NCBI GenBank assembly: GCA_030586555.1 | Contig: JAURAC010000040.1 | Location: 13,107 to 26,402 of the forward strand | DNA from: Candidatus Subterrananammoxibius californiae | GTDB lineage: Bacteria; Planctomycetota; Brocadiia; Brocadiales; Subterrananammoxibiaceae | Length of the DNA: 13,296 nt | Reading direction: 5' to 3' | In this document: in pieces, positions 7,656-13,296 of the stretch | Layout of the letters: every line of letters begins with the position of its first letter | Numbering within the stretch: the first letter of the stretch is position 1 | Position numbers and translations under genes: made by a program | The notes under the pieces: model-generated | The model's database searches: none | What the model was told of the DNA's origin: nothing | Seen by the model: the letters and a program-made list of their open reading frames with translations, nothing else

Positions 7656-8030
7656 ATGCGGCTTGATGGGAAGGTAAAAAAATTTCTCGAACTCAATAAT
7701 AAGTACGTTAAAGATGCGGATGAATGCCTTAAAAAAGGCGATTATACCCAGGCTTCTGAAAAACTCTGGGGCGCAACGGTCACAATCGTCAAAGCAATTG
7801 CCGCACAACGCAGGAAAACAATAAAAACCCACGAGGGACTGAAATTTTTTTTAGCCCAAATTGCAAGGGAATTAAAAGACGAAAGTGTCTATAATGTATC
7901 CCTTGTTGCAGAAGGTTTACATCAAAACTTCTACGAAAATACAGAACACCCCGAATCCGTCAAAAAAGGTTCAAGGACTATAAAACAATTTGTTACGCGT
8001 ATGCGCAACCGATTTGACCTTAATAAATGA
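7656..8030 (+). CDS. PaREP1-family (HEPN-like) protein
   Basis: LKKGDYTQASEKLWGA, conserved H in KTHEGL and LHQNFYE are hallmark PaREP1 motifs. Confidence 0.85.
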   Translation: MRLDGKVKKFLELNNKYVKDADECLKKGDYTQASEKLWGATVTIVKAIAAQRRKTIKTHEGLKFFLAQIARELKDESVYNVSLVAEGLHQNFYENTEHPESVKKGSRTIKQFVTRMRNRFDLNK

Positions 8031-8072
8031 CTTCTGCTGTAAACGTTTTTACTACTTGGTCTAAATTTTTAA

Positions 8073-8150
8073 CTAAATCAATTCCTTGAATTGTTCATCG
8101 GTAAGATAGACATCTTTTATGATGCGTTTTAAAGTGTAAGGATTAACTCT
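8073..8150 (-). pseudogene. C-terminal remnant of a HicA-family toxin (RVNPYTLKRIIKDVYLTDEQFKELI*)
   Basis: Manual translation resembles the HicA C-terminus (xNPxTLxxIxKxAGLTxEEFxxLL). It lies downstream of hicB. The N-terminal GSH catalytic part is absent. Confidence 0.7.
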
Positions 8151-8152
8151 GA

Positions 8153-8202
8153 GACCCCCCACCCTTCCTTCTGCCACAAGGGGAGTGGACTAAGGTGAAA
8201 GG
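8153..8202 (-). repeat. Degenerate REP-like palindrome between hicB and the hicA remnant
   Basis: Minus strand TTTCACCTTAGTCCACTCCCCTTGTGGCAGAAGGAAGGGTGGGGGG has a pyrimidine-rich arm and a purine-rich arm with imperfect pairing. It is GC-rich within AT-rich surroundings. Confidence 0.55.
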
Positions 8203-8360
8203 ATTTCTTTCTTAACCATGTCGAGGTATGTAATTATTGCATCCTTTATATTTTTAAGGGCTTCCTCTAAAGTATTACCCTGGCTATTGCATCCCGGCAA
8301 AATAGGGCAATAAACATTAAAGCCGTATTTACTTTTATGAACAACTATCCGGTATTTCAT
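8190..8360 (-). CDS. HicB-family antitoxin, short or truncated (56 aa; not in the ORF track)
   Basis: Manual translation MKYRIVVHKSKYGFNVYCPILPGCNSQGNTLEEALKNIKDAIITYLDMVKKEILSP* contains the HicB signature PxLPGCxSQGxTxEEAxxNIxxAI. Confidence 0.88.
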   Translation of the reverse strand: MKYRIVVHKSKYGFNVYCPILPGCNSQGNTLEEALKNIKDAIITYLDMVKKEILSP

Positions 8361-8423
8361 TTCAAATCCTATTTTAAGACCTTAGCTAATGTTATCAAGC
8401 AAATTTTGGATGCACCGGTTCCT

Positions 8424-8774
8424 TTACAGATTACACTTATCCCTTGATGGAATCAGGCAGAGGAACGTCATCGGTTCGTTTCCTGTGTTTCTGAACTGGT
8501 GCATTTCGTTACCGGGGATAAAGATAACGTCGCCTTGTTTAAATCGCTTATTCTCATCTCCTCCCGTTACAGCGCCCTCGCCGCTGAGGACAAAGACCTC
8601 GTGTTCCCATTCGTGTTTATGTAACGGCGTGAAGCCCTTTGTCGCCACCTCGAAATGTCTCATGACAAAATTCTTTGCCCCCATATCCTCTGTAATCATC
8701 CATCTAATTTTTACCCCCATAGCGCCTTCTTCGACTGTTTCTGCAGTGATGTCCTTATAATTTGATACCTTCAT
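8424..8774 (-). CDS. Cupin-2 domain protein (start probably 8774, MKVSNYKD)
   Basis: TPLHKHEWEHEVFVLSGEG and GDVIFIPGNEMHQFRN cupin motifs. AAGGAG RBS before the ATG at 8774. Confidence 0.93.
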   Translation of the reverse strand: MKVSNYKDITAETVEEGAMGVKIRWMITEDMGAKNFVMRHFEVATKGFTPLHKHEWEHEVFVLSGEGAVTGGDENKRFKQGDVIFIPGNEMHQFRNTGNEPMTFLCLIPSRDKCNL

Positions 8775-8799
8775 TTTTCTCCTTTCCCTTGTGTAAGAA

Positions 8800-8833
8800 C
8801 ACGGACAAACAAAGTTTGTCCGTGCCACCCTAT
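8800..8833 (-). repeat. GGGTGG-tailed REP-like palindrome
   Basis: CACGGACAAAC-aaa-GTTTGTCCGTG is a perfect 11-bp stem (8800-8824), followed by CCACCCTAT, which overlaps the dprA stop. Confidence 0.8.
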
Positions 8834-9729
8834 GTTAAATATTCTATATCCGACAGGCGTGAAATTGGGATAGCGCCTTGCTCTAAAAGGATACTATTGC
8901 CCAAAGCGGAGGGTGGTGGATTACTATATTTTATGGTAAATGTCTTAATACCCAATTGTTTTGCTATGTTAAATGTTGTCATACTGCCGCCCTTTGCCCT
9001 TGTTTCAGCAATAATGACCGCATCGCTTAATGCCACGATAAGCTTATTTCTTGACATAGCCGCCCCTACCGTCCAATTCTGTGTTGGAAATGATTCTGAG
9101 ATTACTACAGCCCTTTCCTTTACTATCGTTGAATTAAACGGTAGTCTTACTCTAAAATGGCTTATGCCTGTAGGGATTGCCATTATTGTGGTACCGCCAG
9201 CCTCTAATGCCCCAAGATGTGCCGCTGTGTCAATGCCCTTTGCATAGCCGCTAACGATTGTATATCCTTTTCTAACAAGCCGTTTAGCGCACTCCTTTGC
9301 AATCTTGTAGCCTTTTTGTGAAGGCATCGTTGAACCCACTATTGCCACAGCCCTCCCAAAAGACGGCGGGTGTTTTACCTTTTTCTGTGTGTTCTTATAT
9401 TCACCTAACATATATAGAAGGGCGGGAGGGTTCTTGAGAATTTTAATCCGTTCAGGGTAGGAATGGTCGTTGCTTGTTATAATTTTAATATTGGAGCGAT
9501 TCAATCCCTCGATGAGTCCGTCCGTTTGTTCGATTCTTTCTCTGGCGGAAATAATGCTTTTTGCAATTCTTTTATTTATGCGTGGTATTGTAAGTATTTC
9601 TTCTTCTGTTGCATCGAGCAGTATAGTCTCTGGGTCATTAAACCTTTCCAAGAGTTTTTGGTATGTGGCATTCCCGATTCCTTCCACGCAATGTAAAGTC
9701 ACCCAATATTTCAGCTTAACGGCATCCAT
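8830..9729 (-). CDS. dprA: DprA/Smf-like DNA-processing protein (SLOG/Rossmann fold with N-terminal HhH); start probably 9729, MDAVKLK
   Basis: GIGNATYQKLL, YPERIKILKNPPALLY, VAIVGS, IVSGYAKGIDTAAHLGAL, SRNKLIVALS, GGSMTT, GNSILLEQGA. Confidence 0.85.
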   Translation of the reverse strand: MDAVKLKYWVTLHCVEGIGNATYQKLLERFNDPETILLDATEEEILTIPRINKRIAKSIISARERIEQTDGLIEGLNRSNIKIITSNDHSYPERIKILKNPPALLYMLGEYKNTQKKVKHPPSFGRAVAIVGSTMPSQKGYKIAKECAKRLVRKGYTIVSGYAKGIDTAAHLGALEAGGTTIMAIPTGISHFRVRLPFNSTIVKERAVVISESFPTQNWTVGAAMSRNKLIVALSDAVIIAETRAKGGSMTTFNIAKQLGIKTFTIKYSNPPPSALGNSILLEQGAIPISRLSDIEYLT

Positions 9730-9740
9730 ATATAGAAGAA

Positions 9741-9896
9741 AGTGCCGAGTGACGAGCACCAAGGTGTTAGTGAAATAGGAAGTTGAGAAATTAAGAACTT
9801 GAGAAGCTAAAAAGTTTCTAATCTCTTATCTTTCCAAGTTCTCAATTTCCTATCTTTTTCTTCACTCGTCACTATCACCGCGCCACTCATCACTAT
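9741..9896. repeat. Nested inverted short-tandem-repeat arrays (8-mer array inside a 7-mer array)
   Basis: Inner ATAGGAAGTTGAGAA (9775-9789) pairs with TTCTCAATTTCCTAT (9839-9853). Outer AGTGACGAG (9748-9756) pairs with CTCGTCACT (9865-9873). Confidence 0.75.
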
Positions 9897-9899
9897 CTT

Positions 9900-10319
9900 T
9901 TAGTACACCTTTTTTACCTCGCCAATAAGCTTATGGCTTTTCTTGAAGAGGTTTTCTATTTCGGCGTAAGCCTTTTCTAATTTAAATACCAATTTCTTTG
10001 TCAGGCTCAATGCCACAAGAGGATTGCTTGCTATTAGTGTTTCTAATGTATCCTTGTTTACCACGGTCAGCTTGCAGTCTGTAATAGCCTCGGCGGTTAC
10101 CGTGCATGGTCTGTTGGTAATAAGTGACATTTCACCAAAGAATTCCCCGGTGCCCAGTTCTGCCAGCACCACCTCCACGCCATCCATCTTTCTTGTTATT
10201 CTTACACCACCATCATTTATAAGATACATCTCTGTTCCACGGTCGCCTTCCTTAAAGAATACCGTTCCCTTAGGGAAAGACCTGCCAGCGTTCTTAAGTA
10301 TTTCATCTGCAAAGACCAC
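9900..10319 (-). CDS. Stand-alone cyclic nucleotide-binding domain protein (Crp/Fnr sensor domain, no HTH)
   Basis: FPKGTVFFKEGDRGTEMYLINDGGVRI and LGTGEFFGEMSLI..RPCTVTAEA. GTG start with GGAG upstream. Confidence 0.9.
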   Translation of the reverse strand: MVFADEILKNAGRSFPKGTVFFKEGDRGTEMYLINDGGVRITRKMDGVEVVLAELGTGEFFGEMSLITNRPCTVTAEAITDCKLTVVNKDTLETLIASNPLVALSLTKKLVFKLEKAYAEIENLFKKSHKLIGEVKKVY

Positions 10320-10339
10320 TTTGTAAGCTCCGAAAATTA

Positions 10340-10480
10340 AGGGAATAGGGAATATGGAATGGAAAATGGGGAATTAGAGAAAGGGAATAGCTAATAGGAA
10401 ATAGGCAATAGGAAATGAGATGTTTTTGTCCCTATTCCCTATCACCTATTGCCTATTCCCTATTGGCTTTTGGCTATTCC
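10340..10480. repeat. Inverted heptamer tandem array (GGAATAG / CTATTCC)
   Basis: AGGGAATAGGGA (10340-10351) pairs with TCCCTATTCCCT (10429-10440), and AATAGGCAATAGG (10400-10412) with CCTATTGCCTATT (10446-10458). Many 7-nt units. Confidence 0.85.
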
Positions 10481-12021
10481 TTTGGTATAAGAGCACCCTC
10501 TACACTTGCCAACCTTGCTTCTGTTTCTTTAAAAGCCTTGAGCAAATCCCTTTCAGCCGTATAAGGCGATTCGACTTTTTTTCTAAGATTTATCAGGGAT
10601 TCCTTTAATCCTGGCAACAATTCGGTGGAAGCAGTTTCAATGACCTTCTTTAGAGAGGAAGCTATCTGCTCAGCCTCTGTTTCTTCCTCTAATTTGGGCT
10701 TTTCCTGGACAGCATCGAAGGCCTTCTTTAAGGTATCTAATTCCTGGGTCAGGCTCTTATTTTTAAGCTCCAATAGACTTACCTTCTTTTCAAGCCGGAC
10801 TTTTTCCTTTTCTGTATCGGCAAGTAAATGCTGCGCCGCTTTTATATCCTCTTTTGGTGTTTCTTCCACCACAGGACTTCTTTTTGTAAGGGTTGCTTCA
10901 AGTTTAGTTAGACTCTTTTCAGCCACTGTCTTTTCGGACTTTAAGGTTGCTAATTCCTTGAGAAGTTCCTTATTTTCAGTTTCCAATACTGTTATTTTCT
11001 CCGACGTTGACGCCGTATTGACAAGGGATAATTTCTCTCGAAGTTCACCTACAGTTTTCACCATTGGTGTGAGTGCACTTTCTATACTTGACAATCGTGT
11101 TTCCGTTTCTTTAAAAGCCTTAAGTAAATCCCTTTCAGCCGTATAAGGCGACTCGACTTTTTTTCTAAGGTCTGTCAGGGCTTCCTTCAACCCCGGTAAC
11201 AATTCTGCAGAAGCAGTTTCAATGGTTTTCTTAATGGTATCAGCGAGTTGCATAACCTCCGTTTCTTCCTCTAACTTAGGCTTTTCCTGTACGGAGGCGA
11301 GGGTCTTTTTTAAGGTATCTAATTCTTGCGTAAGGTTCTTATTCTTGGTTTCCAGCAGATTTACCTTCTTTTCAAGCTTAGCTTTTTCCTTTTCGGTATC
11401 GGCAAGCAAATGCTGTACTTCCTTTACATCCTCTCTTACGAGCGTCGGTGCCTTTGCCTCAACTGTGGGTGCCGCTTCCTCCACCGCAGGACCTCTTTTT
11501 GCAAGGATTGCTTGAAGTTCAGCTATACCCTTTTCAGCCGCTGTCTTTTCGGACTTTATGGCTACTAATTCATTAAGAAGTGCCTTTTTTTCGGCTTCCA
11601 ATGCTGTTATTTTATCCGATGCCTTAGCAACAACTGAAAGTTTCTCTCGAAGTTCGCTTATAGTTTTTACCATGTTTGCCTTTTCTGATGCGTAATATGC
11701 CTCTGCAATTTTCATGGTTTGCAACTCGGTTTTTAGCTCATCACACTGCGAACTTAATGCATCCTTCTGCTCAGTTACATCTGTAAGGTCTCTCTCAATA
11801 CCCTTTTTTTTATCCTCCGCTTCCATTGCCTGTAACTGGAGTGTTGGGACTTTTATCACCTCCTGCTTCCCAGCAGCTAACTTTTGTTCAAGCCGTTTAA
11901 CCCTTGCCTTTTGAGTTCTGTATTTATCCGTTGCAGTTATTGCAAGACATGCGCACAGAATACCAAAAAGTCCAAACATAATTGCAAGTATAACCCCCGT
12001 TTTAGGCTTCGCATTTGCCAT
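10474..12021 (-). CDS. Hypothetical membrane-anchored coiled-coil protein with internal ~200-aa duplication
   Basis: Hydrophobic N-terminal helix VILAIMFGLFGILCACLAI, E/K/L-rich heptads and two copies of MVKT...KVESPYTAERDLLKAFKETE. GAAGGAG RBS. Confidence 0.88.
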   Translation of the reverse strand: MANAKPKTGVILAIMFGLFGILCACLAITATDKYRTQKARVKRLEQKLAAGKQEVIKVPTLQLQAMEAEDKKKGIERDLTDVTEQKDALSSQCDELKTELQTMKIAEAYYASEKANMVKTISELREKLSVVAKASDKITALEAEKKALLNELVAIKSEKTAAEKGIAELQAILAKRGPAVEEAAPTVEAKAPTLVREDVKEVQHLLADTEKEKAKLEKKVNLLETKNKNLTQELDTLKKTLASVQEKPKLEEETEVMQLADTIKKTIETASAELLPGLKEALTDLRKKVESPYTAERDLLKAFKETETRLSSIESALTPMVKTVGELREKLSLVNTASTSEKITVLETENKELLKELATLKSEKTVAEKSLTKLEATLTKRSPVVEETPKEDIKAAQHLLADTEKEKVRLEKKVSLLELKNKSLTQELDTLKKAFDAVQEKPKLEEETEAEQIASSLKKVIETASTELLPGLKESLINLRKKVESPYTAERDLLKAFKETEARLASVEGALIPKE

Positions 12022-12093
12022 CTTTTCTTCTCCTTCAAAAGTATTAAAATTCTTATTATTTATCCATTGCCCCGCTACCTCAAGTGGATTAAA

Positions 12094-12122
12094 ATTGTAA
12101 CAGGTAAGCAGACTAATTTCAA
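12094..12122 (-). promoter_or_regulatory. Putative extended -10 sigma70 promoter for the coiled-coil gene
   Basis: Minus strand TTGAAA (12122-12117), 17-nt spacer ending TGT, TACAAT (12099-12094). Confidence 0.6.
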
Positions 12123-12200
12123 GTGAAAACCTGCTTGATGGAAAAGGGTCGAGAGATTGGAAGGTTGGTAAAGGGTAAGTTACCCGAACTTGCTTTTACT

Positions 12201-13082
12201 TTAAATAACCTCGGATGGAATTAGGGTTGCTTTTCTATATGCTTCCATTATACGCTTAGTAAGTCTTCCCGGTACAGGCAGACTTAACGAATGCTTATCA
12301 ATGGTCGCCACAGGCATTACTTCCATCAGGGAGTTTGTAAGGAATACCTCATCAGCGGCGATAAGTCTTTCCAGGTTAAAGAGTTCCTCTCTTGCAACGA
12401 TTCCGTTTTGTTTGCAAACTTCTAAGACTGTTTTTCTCGTAATCCCTGGAAGAATATTTGCTGTAAGCGAAGGGGTGATTATTTCATTGTTCTTTACAAG
12501 AAATATATTGCTTACAGAGCATTCAGCAACATGCCCATCAGTGTTAAGGAAAAGAACCTCTTGCGCCCCCTTGGAATTAGCATCTTCTCGTGATAGGATA
12601 TTGTTCATGAAATTCAATGTTTTATGGGCAGCAAGCGGCCACGATGCGCTTATGCGGGTCTTTGACACAATTATTGAAATACCATGTTTATAGTATTCTT
12701 GAGGATACGGTGTTAAAGGTTTTGTCTCAATAACCAATGTTGGCTGAAAGCCTTTTTTGGGATTTGGGATTTGGGATTTGGGATTTGTAGGGGTTCCTCT
12801 GGAGAGTGTAATTCTGATATACGCATCTGTAAGTTTGTTTAAGGTTAGAAGATTTTGAACTGCGCTGCGAAGCTGTATAGGGGTATAATTTAAATGTATT
12901 TTAAATTCTTTTGCAGAAGTAAAAAGACGGTCTAAATGTGCATCGAGTCTGAATGCATTGCCATTGTAAGCCCTAATGGTTTCAAAAAGACCATCGCCGT
13001 AAAGAAATCCTCTGTCCCTTATCGAAATACAAGCCTCATTCTCTGGAACTGTTTTACCATTCAGGTAAATAAGATAGTTCAT
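12201..13082 (-). CDS. pabC: PLP-dependent class IV aminotransferase, probably aminodeoxychorismate lyase
   Basis: DRGFLYGDGLFETIR, HLDRL, HKTLN (catalytic Lys), AECSVSNIF, ILPGITR, ADEVFLTNS. Directly downstream of pabB; IlvE/Dat activity cannot be excluded. Confidence 0.75.
   Translation of the reverse strand: MNYLIYLNGKTVPENEACISIRDRGFLYGDGLFETIRAYNGNAFRLDAHLDRLFTSAKEFKIHLNYTPIQLRSAVQNLLTLNKLTDAYIRITLSRGTPTNPKSQIPNPKKGFQPTLVIETKPLTPYPQEYYKHGISIIVSKTRISASWPLAAHKTLNFMNNILSREDANSKGAQEVLFLNTDGHVAECSVSNIFLVKNNEIITPSLTANILPGITRKTVLEVCKQNGIVAREELFNLERLIAADEVFLTNSLMEVMPVATIDKHSLSLPVPGRLTKRIMEAYRKATLIPSEVI
12759..12786. repeat. (GGGATTT)x4 heptamer repeat inside pabC
   Basis: Four exact tandem copies; encodes NPKSQIPNP on the minus strand. 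Confidence 0.9.
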
Positions 13083-13138
13083 AGTTCATAGCTCATAGTT
13101 AATAGCTGTAAGCTATGAGCTATGAACTATGAGCTAAT
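13074..13138. repeat. Inverted heptamer tandem array (ATAGYTC / GCTATGA)
   Basis: ATAGTTC ATAGTTC ATAGCTC ATAGTTA ATAGCTG taa GCTATGA GCTATGA ACTATGA GCTAAT. Confidence 0.88.
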
Positions 13139-13296
13139 ATTAGCGCTCTGGCTTTGTGGAGAGTTTCTTCGTACTCTTTTTCCGGGTCGGAGTCAGCAAC
13201 AATGCCGCCGCCTACTTGAAAATATGCTTCACTACCATTTGTCAAGAAGGTTCTGATTGCGATATTGAGGTCAATGCAATCATTAAACCCTATGTA
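13120..13296 (-). CDS. pabB: Aminodeoxychorismate synthase component I (chorismate-binding enzyme), C-terminal fragment
   Basis: Manual translation YIGFNDCIDLNIAIRTFLTNGSEAYFQVGGGIVADSDPEKEYEETLHKARALILAHSS*. The GGGIVADS..E.EE motif fits PabB/TrpE; adjacency to a class IV aminotransferase favours PabB. Confidence 0.82.
   Translation of the reverse strand, partial: YIGFNDCIDLNIAIRTFLTNGSEAYFQVGGGIVADSDPEKEYEETLHKARALILAHSS

Noticed and set aside
8775..8828. N-terminal extension MARTNFVCPC... of the cupin ORF
   Set aside because: It is translated from the REP-like palindrome; the good RBS is at the ATG at 8774.
9730..9762. N-terminal extension MVLVTRHFLLY of dprA
   Set aside because: It derives largely from the heptamer repeat arm; DprA-like sequence starts at the ATG at 9729.
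10340..10480. Possible CRISPR array in the periodic intergenic regions
   Set aside because: Units are 7-8 nt without unique 30-40-nt spacers, and no cas genes are present.
233..11914. Many short alternative ORFs in the track (e.g. 397-894, 1177-1488, 1460-1672, 2620-2967, 3026-3391, 8389-8760, 8762-9247, 10625-11146)
   Set aside because: They are antisense or out-of-frame shadows of well-supported genes, with no recognisable motifs or RBS.

Overview
Bacterial chromosomal region, mostly on the minus strand. Housekeeping genes are proB, gatC/gatA/gatB and pabB-pabC. The standout is a small plus-strand gene (1424-1636) encoding a bacterial histone-fold protein with a Lys/Ala-rich N-terminal tail and four cysteines, behind a near-consensus sigma70 promoter and a strong RBS. 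An AT-rich restriction-modification pair (beta-class MTase plus PD-(D/E)xK nuclease) splits the gatCAB operon between gatC and gatA. Accessory genes: pterin-4a-carbinolamine dehydratase, a PaREP1/HEPN-like protein, a broken hicB-hicA toxin-antitoxin locus missing from the ORF track, a cupin, a DprA-like protein, a stand-alone cNMP-binding protein, and a membrane-anchored coiled-coil protein with a ~200-aa tandem duplication. Most intergenic spaces hold REP-like palindromes or inverted 7/8-mer tandem arrays. Several of these lie in-frame inside genes (gatB, dprA, pabC) or supply gene start or stop codons. The gene and repeat style suggests a planctomycete (Brocadiales-like) host, but that is inference only.
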